A stretch of DNA of 64,000 nt from contig NC_068999.1 of NCBI RefSeq assembly GCF_001194135.2, forward strand, positions 54,310,715 through 54,374,714, in the 5' to 3' direction. Each line of letters starts with the position of its first letter. The first letter of the stretch is position 1. Under the pieces are notes generated by a model that was not told the origin of the DNA, did not search any database, and was given only the letters and a program-made list of their open reading frames with translations. The position numbers and the translations under genes were made by a program. Origin of the DNA: Octopus bimaculoides (lineage: Eukaryota). Shown here one piece after another: positions 49,756 to 64,000 of this stretch.

Positions 49756-52279
49756 CTAGGTGATAATCTATGTTTCTGATGCATACATAATAGTAAGTAG
49801 CATACAATGGTGGAAGACCTTTCTCTTTAGACACATAGACAAGTTATTTCTCATGATGTGAATCAATTTACCAAAGGCTGCCCATCCTAATCATACCAAC
49901 CTTTGTAAAGCTATTTGTTTCATATACTTCATGTATCAAGTGGACCTATATTGAACACCCCTTCTAAGTGGTAAAAAAGGCAAATTACAATCAATAAAAT
50001 CCCCAACATTTGTTGACATCTTTATTTGAGATGTGAAAGCACATGGCTCAGTGGTTAGAGCATCAGGCTCACAATCATGAGGTAGTGAGTTTGATTCCTG
50101 GACAAGGCTGTGTGTTGTGCTCTTCTTGAGCAAGACACTTTATTTCACATAGATCCAGTTCACTCAGCTGTAGAAATATGATGTCATTGGTGCCAAGCTG
50201 TATCAGGATTTGCCTTTCTTTTGGCTAGCATCAGTGGCATGAGAGGGGAGGCTGGTATGCATGGGCAACAGCTGGTCTTCCATAAACAAATTTGCCTGGA
50301 CTTGTACCTCGGAGGGGAACTTTTTAGGTGCAATCTCATGGTCATTCTTGATCGAAGGGGGTCTTTACCCTATTTGAGATCTATTTATATTGTCCTTTAA
50401 TACTTTTAGACATGATAATCCCTATATTCTAAGTATTTGTATAGCAAATAAGTATTAGGATTAGTATTATTGAGATTAGATATAGAAAGAACTTGTTGAA
50501 TTCTAGGGGTATCAAACTGTCAGCTTAAGGCTTAATAATCTGTACATATCCCATCATGGGGGCTCAGTCTACATAGCAATGAATAGGTACCATCAGGATG
50601 TACAACCCCTCCCGCTTCTTTAAAGAGCATGGAGTTCTTGATCGCTTCATCATCTTGATTGCATTGCTAAGATCAGATCATGAAACATAACAGGAAAACA
50701 CACAACTGCACCCAATTTATATGTCCTAAGGGACCATGAAATAAACAGGATCAACACACCTCCCTACAACACCTTCAATGGTACAATCTAATTAAAAATG
50801 AGCCAATGTTATATTTTAAGATCAACTTATTTCACAAGTTTATGCTTCAGAAAAGAGGACATTGGTTAAAACATCACAATTATTACAAATATTGATTCGA
50901 TACAGTCGAAAACTGGACAAGAAATATTCACTTATTTGTTTTAGCTTCTTTTTTTTTTCATGTTATTGCTGCAATTATCCATTTCATATATTTATTTATT
51001 TATTTTTTAGAATAAAACAGGTGCTTAGCAACACTTTTTCTCAACAGCCAGACACAGAGCTTCCAAGATCAGAGGCAAATGATTAGACAGAGATCAATAG
51101 ATCAGTATGGATATAGACACTTAAGTCAATATATGACAGCAACTATATAATATTGTCAACAGTAGCAGGTACTGACCAAATATCTTTCTCCATTTGGTCA
51201 ATATCATTACGGAGAAGAAGAGTAACATAATGTAAAACCAATTCATGTAGCATATATACAAAAGAGACAAAATAAATTTTCTACTAGCAACCTATTGTTC
51301 TTATGGAAACGAATTAACAAGAAGCTATATGGTGAGTAGCTATATAGTAAAAATAACCACAGATCACAGATGATCATGGCTAATTCTTTAATGCTAATAG
51401 ATCATGTATACTTTGTCTTCTCTCTCACCCACTAGCCCACCCCTGTTAATAATTTTATGACATTAGGATGTTGGGTAGACAAACGTGTAATAGCAATTAG
51501 TATTAATGAAAGACTTCTATTGTTTACTTACGATTCTAGAGGGAATTCTCAGGTCAATAATCAAACAAAAAAAAATAAATAAATAAAAATGAACGGAAAC
51601 TTCAAACAAATAATGAAAGTATGATTAAATTGCTAAAGCCTAATTTGGGAATATAACAGCTAATTTGGCAAATATAAAAGACATTAAGACATCTCTCTCT
51701 CTCTCTGTTCCCATGGCAGCTTTTCCATGATATGAATGAAGAGTCACATCAAGAGCATTTGAATCGTGTCTGAAATGTCAGGGCAACTTTCACATCATCA
51801 CACATGTCCTCCCACACCAATTGCTGGAAATGGGGATATTCCTACTAAAAGAAATATTGGAGGGGGTGAGATTCCATTATTTGAGTAGGTTTGAAAATCC
51901 TCAAGAACTGAGATTCAGCACATCAACAACTTCACTTCATTTCTAATGTGACGTCTTTGCTATACAGACAACTATAATATAGAGAAGGATTACCTTTGAA
52001 AGAATCATCATCTTTATCATCATTATCATTATTATTAATTAAGGTGGCAAGCTGGCAGAACCATTAGCACGCTGGGCAAAACGCTTAACAGTAGTTTGTC
52101 CGTCTGTACATTCTGAGTTCAAATTCTGCTGAGGTCCACTTTTCCTTTCAACCTTTCAGGGGTCGATAAAATAAGTACTAGTTGACCACTGGGGTCGATG
52201 TAATTGAGTCATCCCCTCTCCCAAAATTGTTGCCCTTGTGCCAGAATTTGAAACCATTATTATTATTTATTTATTATTA

Positions 52280-52311
<32 letters not shown>

Positions 52312-54362
52312 GGGACATCATAAAGAAATCCCAAATGAAGTGTCAAGTATGGTTGCCAACAAAAATTGGAGGTTCTACTGACCATAACTTAGGTTCAATC
52401 ACTAAGAGGACAGGAAATAGCTCTTTGTTGTTTTGTCTTGAGTAAGTCTTTAGTCCTCCTGTAATATTATTCATTAGTCTTTAGCCCACTGTAATACTAC
52501 TGATTAGTTTATAACCATCCGGAAATCCTCTCAAATAGATTTTGGTTATCATGAACTTTATTGATAAGTCTTTAGTCTTCTTTTAACTTCATCAATTAAT
52601 CTTTAATAATCTGTAATTGTACTGTAATCTTATTGATTGGTCATTAGGCCTGTCATGCCATTTGATTAGTATTTAATCCTCTTGTAATTCTACCAACTAG
52701 TCATGTTTTTATGTCATTCAAAGAGAGAGAGAGGAATGCTCAAGCGTTGTTTGTTATTGCTTTCTTTAGGTCTCACAGGAAGATTTGAAATCAGTACTTG
52801 AAGCTAATAAAACACTTAAGTTTGAAGAGTTGTCATTACACACCACTCTGTAGTATCCAAATCAAAGCTAAGTGAACTTCACTATAACACTGAGGTACTG
52901 ACAGGGTACCATTACCAAACTTCTCAGCCAACTGTCCAGGCCCCTTTCAACTCTACAATCAACGCTTTTGTTTTATCTTTACCTTTTACTTGTTTCAGTT
53001 ATTTGACTGCGGCCATGCTGGAGCACCATCTTGAAGGGTTTTTTTTTCAGTCAAGCAAATCAATCCCCAAGACTTCTTTTTTAAGCCTAGTACTTATCCT
53101 AACAGTCTCTCTTGCCAAACCGCTAAGTTACAGGGAATAAACACACCAACATCAGTTGTCAAGTGGTGGTGGTGGGGACAAGCACCAGGCACAGNNNNNN
53201 NNNNNNNNNNNNNNNNNNNNNNNNNNNNNNNNNNNNNNNNNNNNNNNNNNNNNNNNNNNNNNNNNNNNNNNNNNNNNNNNNNNNNNNNNNNNNNNNNNNN
53301 NNNNNNNNNNNNNNNNNNNNNNNNNNNNNNNNNNNNNNNNNNNNNNNNNNNNNNNNNNNNNNNNNNNNNNNNNNNNNNNNNNNNNNNNNNNNNNNNNNNN
53401 NNNNNNNNNNNNNNNNNNNNNNNNNNNNNNNNNNNNNNNNNNNNNNNNNNNNNNNNNNNNNNNNNNNNNNNNNNNNNNNNNNNNNNNNNNNNNNNNNNNN
53501 NNNNNNNNNNNNNNNNNNNNNNNNNNNNNNNNNNNNNNNNNNNNNNNNNNNNNNNNNNNNNNNNNNNNNNNNNNNNNNNNNNNNNNNNNNNNNNNNNNNT
53601 CTATATATATATACATATATATATACATATATACACATATATACATATATATATATATAAAGATAGATAGATAGATAGATATATACAAGCTTCTTTCAGT
53701 TTCCATCTACCAAATCCATTCACAAGGCTTTGGTTGGCCTGAGGCGATAGTAGAAGACACTTGCCCAAAGTGCCATGCAGTGAGACTGAACCCAGAACCA
53801 TCAGGTTGTAAAGCAAGCTCCTTACCACACAGCCAAACCTGCACCTGAGACACAAAAGCTTCAATTCCTCTAACTTTAACTGTCAGTTTTGGAGGGAACT
53901 CGTTTTTTTTTTGGGGGGGGGGAGTACCAGCTTCAAACATTCCCATATTTTCTGAGTGTCTTACCTAATAGTGCCTAAGCCAACGTGGAAGAAACAATTG
54001 AATGACTATTTTCTTTTTTTCTTCCTTTTTTAACTAGTCAAACATCCAGTAAGAGAAACAAGCTATCTAGAAATCATTTCACAACTTGTAACAAAGAAAA
54101 CAATCACACAGGTTATTTACATCCTACTTTAGCTGTCAAAAGATTTTTTTCTAGATTGCAATAAAACTTTACTCTCATTTTTTAGTTCAAAACAGGATAC
54201 AGAACAATAGCATTCTGCTGTGGTGTGATGTAGTGGTGGGGTGTTCATGAACGTTCTGTGATATATGTCTGGTAAGGTGTGGCTTTACGTACATGAACAT
54301 GTGAATGCAATACGAGGCTTCTTTTGTACTAACTCTTGAATATAGCTTTGAGCCCTTCGTAA

Positions 54363-54407
<45 letters not shown>

Positions 54408-54860
54408 TATACACACACACACATATATATATACACACATACATATATATACACACATACATACATACATACATATATATTTATACATATACATAAAGTC
54501 AACATGAGATTCAGAGAATCTCCATATAGAAGACACTTAGTAGGGCTCAAATGATTCAAACTTAGACTCCAATGTCTTTGCAGGGGACCAATTCCACGGG
54601 GTAAAGAATGGCTACAAAAGGGACCTGGTTGAGAAGAAATGGAGGTAATTATGTGGATAAACAAATTAGATACATCAAATATAACAGTTTGCGTATAAAA
54701 TCCAAAAGTCCAACAGATGTTTCTGGGGGCCCAGAGATCCACCATTATGTTGGTGGATGTAGTTCATCACAATATGCAACCTTAATGGAAGCAATCAACA
54801 TTGGATAAGTTGAGTCTCCATCATCCCTGATTAGTTTGCATTACATACACACACACACAC

Positions 54861-54891
<31 letters not shown>

Positions 54892-56352
54892 TGTATACAT
54901 ACATACACACATATATATACACATACACACACATATACACATAGATACACACACACACACATATATGTTAAGTGCTTGTAGGATTGATTGTTGGCAAAAT
55001 GAGGGGGTCAACATATGGTCCACACCTTGGTAGTTTCCAAACCAAATTTTAAAATTTAAAATATTGTTTTTAATTCACTTAAAGAAAATGTTTTCTTTTC
55101 ATGATATCAGTTTATTCATCAATAAAAAAAACGTGTGTGTGTGTATATGTACATAATTTAATTTGTGTTCGTGGGAAGAACCATTTTAACAATGCATACT
55201 GCCTTAATTCTTCGAAACGCCGGAGTTTTAATGGTGGCAGCTGATGAAGGGGATGTTTCTATGTGGCCTGCTTGTTTGTTGCACCTTGTTTACCATTTTG
55301 TCCTTGTTCTTTTGCCACGTCATGTACCCAGTTATGTATCTATATGTACATGTAGATGAATGTATATACATACATGTACATATATATGCATATACTCATA
55401 TATTGTGTATATATATATATATATATANNNNNNNNNNNNNNNNNNNNNNNNNNNNNNNNNNNNNNNNNNNNNNNNNNNNNNNNNNNNNNNNNNNNNNNNN
55501 NNNNNNNNNNNNNNNNNNNNNNNNNNNNNNNNNNNNNNNNNNNNNNNNNNNNNNNNNNNNNNNNNNNNNNNNNNNNNNNNNNNNNNNNNNNNNNNNNNNN
55601 NNNNNNNNNNNNNNNNNNNNNNNNNNNNNNNNNNNNNNNNNNNNNNNNNNNNNNNNNNNNNNNNNNNNNNNNNNNNNNNNNNNNNNNNNNNNNNNNNNNN
55701 NNNNNNNNNNNNNNNNNNNNNNNNNNNNNNNNNNNNNNNNNNNNNNNNNNNNNNNNNNNNNNNNNNNNNNNNNNNNNNNNNNNNNNNNNNNNNNNNNNNN
55801 NNNNNNNNNNNNNNNNNNNNNNNNNNNNNNNNNNNNNNNNNNNNNNNNNNNNNNNNNNNNNNNNNNNNNNNNNNNNNNNNNNNNNNNNNNNNNNNNNNNN
55901 NNNNNNNNNNNNNNNNNNNNNNNNNNNNNNNNNNNNNNNNNNNNNNNNNNNNNNNNNNNNNNNNNNNNNNNNNNNNNNNNNNNNNNNNNNNNNNNNNNNN
56001 NNNNNNNNNNNNNNNNNNNNNNNNNNNNNNNNNNNNNNNNNNNNNNNNNNNNNNNNNNNNNNNNNNNNNNNNNNNNNNNNNNNNNNNNNNNNNNNNNNNN
56101 NNNNNNNNNNNNNNNNNNNNNNNNNNNNNNNNNNNNNNNNNNNNNNNNNNNNNNNNNNNNNNNNNNNNNNNNNNNNNNNNNNNNNNNNNNNNNNNNNNNN
56201 NNNNNNNNNNNNNNNNNNNNNNNNNNNNNNNNNNNNNNNNNNNNNNNNNNNNNNNNNNNNNNNNNNNNNNNNNNNNNNNNNNNNNNNNNNNNNNNNATAT
56301 ATATATATACATACATATATTCATATATATATATATATACATACATATATTC

Positions 56353-56428
<76 letters not shown>

Positions 56429-58939
56429 ACATACATATATATATATATGTGTGTATGTATATCTATGTATATATAACTTGGAAGGTTTTGGCAAACAAAT
56501 CGAACCCAGTATTTATTTTTTCTTTTAATTTTGGTATACTTATTCTATTAGACTCTTTTGCCAAACCGCTAAGTTACAGAGACATAAACAAACCAACACC
56601 ACTTGTCAAAATCAGTTGTGGTGAACAAAAACAAACACATATAAATACACATATATATACATATGATAGACTTTGTTCAGTTCTGCGAAATCCACTCACA
56701 AGACTTTGGTTGGCTCAGGCCTACAACACATGTGCGTGCGCATCTGTGTGTGTAGAGTGGTTGGCATTTAGAAGGGCATACAGCTGTAAAAAGCATACCA
56801 AAACTAACATCAGTTGTGCTAGTGCCACATAAAAAGCTTTCAGTCCACTCTGCAGGATGGTTGGTGTTAGGAAGGGCATCCAGCTGTAAAAGCCATGCCA
56901 CAACTTTCATTGAAGCCTAATGCGGTCTTCTGCCTAGCCAGCTACTGTCAAACTTCCAATCCATGCCAGCATGGAAAGCAGACGTTAAATGATGATGATG
57001 ATTTTACATAGAGGACAGGGTGCTTTTAATATGGTATCAACACCGTTGAGGTCTGCTTTGACATGAGTTTTACATCTGAATGCCTTTCCAGATACTAACC
57101 ACTTTACAGAGTGGACTGGATGCTTTTTACAAGGCACCAGCACCAGCAAAGTCACCAAGAAACTTCCAGTTGAATAAGTGCCAGGTTTTTTTAAAAAATT
57201 AAGTATTGGGGTCAAGTTGTTCAACTGAACACTTCAAGGTGGTGCCCCAGCATGGGCTGCAGTTTAATGACTGAAGCAAGTAAAAAGCAAAAGAATATAT
57301 ATTATACTTGCAGGCCCTTTAGAAATTGTAAACAACAATATCTATATGAACACTAATACAACGATGTAGTTTCAAATCCTTGGTTGTCTTTCAAAAATTA
57401 TGATTATTTACTCATAAATTGGGAGTGGGTTGACCTAAATGAAATTACTGCTAACAAAGGAGAAATAATAGGATTGAGACAAGGGGAAGAAAGAGTATGT
57501 TTCTCACACAATCTGTGAGACATTGTAAGATATTGTGGATATTGTGATTGTATGAGAAAGGATAATGGTATTATTAGCAGAAAAAATAATGTATATTTAT
57601 GTCATCATCATCATCATCATTTAATGACCATTTTCCATACTGACATGGCTTAGACAGTTTAACCTGAGCTAGTAAGCCAGAGAACTGCACCAAGCTCCAG
57701 TCGTCTGTTTTTGCTTGATTTCTATGGCTGGAAGCCCATCCTAATGCCAACTGCTTAACAGAGCATACTAAGCGTCTTTTGTGTATCACTAGCATGAATG
57801 CCCTTTTACATGTCATCAACATGCGTACCCTTTACGTATCACCAGCATGGATGCCTTATGTGTCACTGACATTTTACATTCCACTGGCACAAGTGCCTCT
57901 TATATGTCACTGGCACAGGTGCTTTTTACATGTCACCAACACTGGCCACCAGCTGGAAGTGTCTTCTCAAGCACAGCAAATCGCCAGAAGTCATGGTCAC
58001 TTGTCATCACCTCTGTGAGGCAACAACCAAAGATCATATTTCACCACCTTGTTCCATGTCTTCCTGGGTCTACCTCTTCCACAGGTTCCCTCAGATATAC
58101 ATATACATATTCCATTTCATATATCAGAGAGTGTAGACTTTAGCAGTTGTTTTTCTGTAGTAAATATTACATACTCCAAACTAATTTATAAGAAGCTTTT
58201 TCTATTTTACTATATATATAAATATCACTTAAAATATTTACTGAATATGGTGATAACAGTGTTGTTGATGATGTTTCAATAATGATGATGACAATGATTA
58301 TGATGACAAAAATAACTCAGCACTTCAACAAAAGACACTTTTAGAATAAGTACCAAGCTTATTAAATGAATACTGGAATGGATCTGTTCAACTAAACCAT
58401 TCAAGGGAGTGCCCCAGCATAGCCACAGTTCAAAAACAAGTAAAAGATAAAATCAGATCAATATGTCAATCACTCAGCTTCAACACCTGCACAAAAACAC
58501 CCTTACTCACCTTTCTAGCAATCAGATCTGTTAACTCATTCATTAATGTCCACATAACCTCAGACTGAACAGATGCTGTGATTAGGAAATGCACATGTGT
58601 ATGTGGTGTTGTGAAGGCATATGGTTAGGGTGTTGCATTCATGATCGTAATGTCATGGGTTCAATTCCTGGCTCAGGCAATATGTTGTGTCTTTGAACAA
58701 AGTATTTCATTTCCCCATTGTTCCAGTCTTCTCAGCTAAAAACAGTACCAGCTGAGTGCTGGTGCACCCTTTTCTCCCTTTAGCCATCACATTCCAAATG
58801 TTCTACTGCATTAAGTGTAAGGGACTGAGAGGATATCTATGTCTTCTTGCAACTAAATAGGCATCTACAGCAATTAGCAAAATTGTATGACTTGGAAGCA
58901 TGTCATGACCTGGAATTTGAACTCAGTTTGTAAAGACTA

Positions 58940-59187
58940 TATATAATATATATATATATGTATATATAATATATATATATATAATATGTATATATAATAT
59001 ACATATATATAATATACATAATATGTATATATAATATACATATATATAATATACATAATATGTATATATAATATACATATATATAATATACATAATATGT
59101 ATATATAATATACATATATATAATATATATATATAGATATAAGATATATATAATATATAAAATATATAATATAAAATATATATATAC

Positions 59188-59223
<36 letters not shown>

Positions 59224-59290
59224 ATATATATATATATTATAAAATATATATATGTATAATATATATAATATAAAACATATATAATATATG
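58940..59290. repeat. Complex AT-rich minisatellite with an about 37-bp unit
   Basis: Recurrent atatatataatatacataatatgtatatataatatac. Confidence 0.75.
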
Positions 59291-61175
59291 GATCTTTACC
59301 CTTTTGGCCGGCAGATTTTAAAAATAATTTTACATGTTGATCTTAACCGATGAACATGTAAACTTTTTAATGTCCTTTGTCCTGAAAATATTTCACGCAA
59401 GGTCTTCAAAATGGAAACTTATAAATTCTTTTATTTGTATTGAGTATAAGTTGAGACAATCGTAGGCAATATTAATTAATAAATGTATATTCATTAAATC
59501 TCTCCATTTTCTCATTTTATTGTATATATATGTATATACATACATACATATAAAGAAATAACAACAGATACGACCAGACATACAAGAAACTTACAAAACG
59601 TTACTATTGAGAATCTTAGGGACATGATGTTATTTCTTATCCAGTACCCACAACATATCTAATTTCCCTACTTGAAACTTCCATGGGCGACCACCGAGTT
59701 ACAGATCGTATTCTGCGTTCATGTTTACATACGTGTGGATGGAACTAAAGTGTACATACATTTAAAAGGAATGACTCAACTTCATAAAAGAAATTATAAA
59801 AATTGACGGTTTGAGTTCAGTATCGATTGAGTTATCAATGTATTTATGCAGNNNNNNNNNNNNNNNNNNNNNACAATAACACAGTGAAGTGTTTGTAGAA
59901 ATTAGAAAATGTTTGTAAGACGACGAGGACGGAAAAAGGAATAGATGAAAGCATAAGGAGGTGGGGGAAGATTGGTGTGCGCGGGGGGGGGGGAATCTAT
60001 TCACTGATTTATTTACACATTATATTACGTCTGTGTCTATGTCTACATTGTGGTTATTTCGTGTCTGTACGTCTGTATACATCTGAGTGCGGGTCCATCT
60101 ATGAGTACATCCCTACATCCATCTGTGTGCGTGTGTAACTTAATTGCCAAACCTGTGTCTCACTGCGTGTAAAAGTTTGTACAGATATCTTTATCCGTGA
60201 CTGTGTTTGTGTATGCTTGATTGTTAGTGTTGGGACTGTTGTTTTTTCTCACAAACCAAATAGTTTACTTTGTTTATGGACCTATTTTTGGAAGACTGAC
60301 AAATACATAGAACCCACTTCGTTTTCCTCTCTATAATGTAGGGGATAGTGTCAAGTGAACAAGAGGGCGGGCGAATCTCATCAAATAAACTGTTACATAC
60401 ACACACACTATGTCAAACGCATACATAACTACACATTTAGAACTCTTATTTTCCAAGACTGAAAAATGTACTGAAAAATTTGGAGTGGAGACAATCCCAA
60501 TAGCCAGAAGTTACTCAGTGGGGATGGCCACCACTCCGTATTAATAACAGTATCTTGTCCCATAATTACTACAATCATTGTGACGATATTGTTATTACTA
60601 GTATCAAGTTTAAAATATAAAAACGTATATAAATAAAGTTTTCAAACTGTACATACATATGCGTACGATTGGTGTGACAGACACCATCGTACCACACCCG
60701 TCCAAATATCAGTCAATCACCCATGTGTATTATATATATATATATGCGCGTGTACGTGTTTTCTCAACGAATTATTGTAATGAGGAAAGAATGTACAGCA
60801 TCACAATTTCGGTGTAAGTCTCTGATGGGGGGTGGGGGTGGGGGGCTTTTGAAAACAAGATATTCGGATATTTGGAGCTTTTGAAGACTCACGCACAACA
60901 CAAATACGTGATACGCTTAAGCAAAATAGCTACACAAACATTCATATCATACACTTATACAAAGACAACAATAATGATGCATGGTTCCTTTTAGCAAGGT
61001 ACACGGCGATGTTTTGTTAAAGAGAAGGTCCAGTAAAACACATCGACCCGAATACTGTGTGTTTACACACATTAAACCCACAAGGGTCGATCCCGGTGTG
61101 AAACTAAACTCACAAACACTGCACGAAGAATATAGACCGGCTTTCTGATGACTACGCCAGGAAGTGACAACATTC

Positions 61176-61235
<60 letters not shown>

Positions 61236-61997
61236 CAAAAACACAATAACAAATATATATATATATATTGTGCGTATGTGTCCGTGTGTGTTTTCACAAT
61301 ATTAGTAAAAATTGTAAATACATAAGTTAATAAAATGGTTTAGAGACATATAGATAGTTAAACGTGAATATAAAAGCCGTCTAGTGCTAATGGCTGGCTA
61401 GTTGGTTGAATAATGTAATATAGATTTGATTATTGACAGTCTAGCAGCGGCGGCGGATGACGGATGGACATTTCCAGTCTTCATGGGCCAGATTAGGAAG
61501 ACTGAGAACGGTCTTGAAAATGTGGATTAGTGATGGTGCTCGTTGCATCGTCTTCCACCTGGGATTAACGCGTAGAAGAGAGGACGTCCCATAACAAAAA
61601 TATCTTATATTAGAGAAGAATGAAGTACGATGTATGTAGTATGAAAGTAGATAGGTGTATGTGCGGCTGTACGTGTGGAATGGGTTAGTGGTGCGACTCA
61701 AATACGGACCGAGGGTGTAATTCACACGGGTGCATCAGTAAAATAAACTAAAGAATAAGACAGGTACAAATCTAACATGGATATAGAGGTTTAAAAACAA
61801 ACAGGACAAAAAAAAAATAATAAAGAGAAAGCTCATCCCTGTAGAATGTTTATCAATGTGGGGATAGAACGATAGTGTTGATGGTGATATCGTATGTCAC
61901 ATACATAGAGACAAAGATAATGAGAGAGAGAGGCAAACAAGTGACAGGCTAATAACAAAGAGAGATGGAGATGTAGCGAGAGAGGCGGTCAACTCAC

Positions 61998-62180
61998 CGT
62001 AGTTTTAATTTCTTTGTTGGTCGATATCCTACGATGAAAAGCTTTTGCAGGTTCTGTATCTATGTCGCTGTCAGAGGAATACTCGTCTTGTGTTGGGCCA
62101 CCATCACCTTGCATAAATTCCTTGTCCCTGCTCTCCTCCGGCCCAGCTCCCCTCCACTGACTGCAACTGCTAGCCGCCAT
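61998..62180 (-). CDS. DGKH: Type II diacylglycerol kinase (eta/delta-like), coding exon 1: MAASSCSQWRGAGPEESRDKEFMQGDGGPTQDEYSSDSDIDTEPAKAFHRRISTNKEIKTT
   Basis: ATG in AAG-ATG-G context with an in-frame TAG 33 nt upstream. Ends at donor ACG|GTGAGT in phase 0. SSDSD...RRISTNKEIKT resembles the SSDSE...RKVSTSGQIRT segment preceding the PH domain of vertebrate DGKH/DGKD (recalled). Confidence 0.88.
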
Positions 62181-62500
62181 CTTGCTCCTCCTTCGCAGCC
62201 CGTCTTCCTCCTACCCCTTCACACCGCTTCTCTTGCTGAGACCGAGGTCAAAGGTTGTATCTATAACTTGCGTGTCAGAGTTCATAGAGTATCACAGAAG
62301 TAAATGTTGATTTAAACTCACGACGTCTTTTTTCTTTTTTTCTTTGTATATTATTGTTGCAAATTACTGAAACGACGACAACATAAGACAATGTAAATAG
62401 ATTTCTATTGATACATCAATACACACACACACACGCACGCATATGTATCTTTTAAACAGAATTTGTGATGAAAAAGCAGAAGCGATGGTAAAACGAATTT
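62181..62500 (-). promoter_or_regulatory. Probable 5'UTR/core promoter of the DGK gene, CpG-retaining, with a YY1-type motif over the start codon
   Basis: GC/CpG-richer unique sequence directly upstream of the ATG. CAAGATGGCGGC lies at 62184-62173. TSS not determinable from sequence. Confidence 0.5.
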
Positions 62501-62798
62501 CAAATAGTCGTAGTAAAAAATATCTTTCAGTCAAGCCTTATGTAGGAAATTGTTGATAATGAATACCATGGTAACCCAATTCTCATTGAGAAATGAATGT
62601 TTACAGTTCGGCGAGTATTTACTGCTATTACATCATCACTGTTACTTCATGGTTAAATTACTTCTGTCCCAATTAGTAAGGAAACTAAAATGACAGGTAA
62701 TATTCCATTCAAGGACTGCATATATTTGTGTGTGTGTATGCATATATGTGTGTGTATATATGTGTATATACATATATATAGATAGATAGATATGTATG

Positions 62799-62831
<33 letters not shown>

Positions 62832-63649
62832 AAATATGTATACGAATATAAATATATATATATATATATAATATATATAGGTATAGAGTCTGATCAGCTG
62901 TCCACAAAGCTGCAGCTTTAGTCAATGTCAAACCATTGGTCATCAGACTTTAACTTTATTGCTTTAAAACTTCACTGTTCTATACTTTAGACTGTGCTTC
63001 TTATTCAGATGGATATATGATACATTGAAAATATATATATATAAACACGCACACACACACACACACAAGGTAAGTAGGGTAAATCCCAGCTGTTTCCTCT
63101 TGAAACACATCTACTTATTCCATTATTACAATCCACTATGTTGTTGCAATTGTTGTTGTGTTGATGTAAGGGGCATATTAGAGTTGAAAATTCTGGAAAT
63201 ATTATTATATCATTTGCAGTTATTGTATAAGAAAAGAGGAAGTTGGAATTGGGAGGGTTATTTATTATTTACCATTACATATGTTTCATTTGCTAACAGG
63301 AATTACAAAGTTTTACATGTTAGATAAAAATGTAAGATATTTCCTTTTAGAAATTCTTCAGATAGAGAATCCAATAATAATGTATTATTGGATTCTCTTT
63401 TTGAAGAATTTCTAATTGGAAATCTCTTACATTTTCATCTAGCATATAAAACTTTTTAATTCCTATTAGCAAATGAAACATATGTAATAGTGAATAAATA
63501 ATACCAAAACCTCTCATCCTAAATGTGGGCACAGTACTATGTTGAGGGCCTTACCTGAACCTTGGCCAGTCTCAGCTGCTGCAACTGGGGATGAAATATC
63601 TTCTTGCCCGACAGAAAAGAGTTAATCTTTGGGATGCACTAAAATGCTT

Positions 63650-64000
63650 TAAAAATGTAGAATACAAGCTAATCACCTACATAATCAGACTGTTCAAGAA
63701 GTAGTCATACCCAATAAATGGTGTAACAGCATCACTGTCAACTGCAAAGGAAATGCAATAGAGAAAGGAAATTACAGAGATATCAAATTGCTGGACCTAG
63801 TTATGAAAGTTATGGAGAGTTGAAGCTCAATTGATTAGAAATAGAATTAACCAAGATAAGACACTCTTCAGCTTTGTACCAGAAACAAATACTATTGATA
63901 CTGTCTTCCTAGTGAAACAACTGAAAAAGTACTTAGCTAAGATTTAGCCACTGTACTTACAATTTGTCAACCTGTAAAAGGCTTTTCACAAGGTTCCATG
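63650..64000 (+). mobile_element. RTE-clade RT fragment, upstream of the DGK promoter and cut by the window end
   Basis: VIPNKWCNS...KGNAIEKGNYRDIKLLDLVMKVME...TIDTVFLVKQL.KYLAK..PLYLQFVNL*KAFHKVP. Confidence 0.85.

Noticed and set aside
61441-61725. 94-aa minus-strand ORF in the CpG-rich part of intron 1
   Set aside because: No recognisable homology or convincing splice signals; its length is within chance.

Overview
AT-rich, microsatellite- and TE-saturated eukaryotic DNA. The SINE/RTE repeat families and scaffold gaps look like an octopus (coleoid cephalopod) draft assembly; this is inferred from recalled repeat sequence, not a database hit. One host gene is supported: the 5' end of a type II diacylglycerol kinase (DGK eta/delta-like) on the minus strand. 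Its four coding exons (62180-61998, 15345-15298, 12456-12394, 1587-1507) splice in frame to MAASS...RRISTNKEIKTT|TAIKEGYLMKHTSTFQ|GYRRKYFKLKGRKLYYAKDTK|FAIFDEIDLSDLSVAECSTKNINHSFQ, the N-terminus plus most of the PH domain. The gene continues past position 1. Intron 1 is 46,652 nt. The rest is intronic: three tRNA-like SINE families, an RTE-derived non-autonomous family, decayed RTE, CR1, RLE-type and Penelope retroelements, mariner fragments, hAT and piggyBac-like MITEs, microsatellites and five N gaps. No prokaryotic system, CRISPR array or intact transposase/RT ORF is present. The best leads are candidate unannotated exons in intron 1 (a 21-nt microexon and an alternative ATG exon), several near-perfect intronic hairpins, a possible K-to-R editing site in the PH domain, and a three-level nested insertion. 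TE boundaries are approximate; exon and hairpin coordinates were counted by hand.
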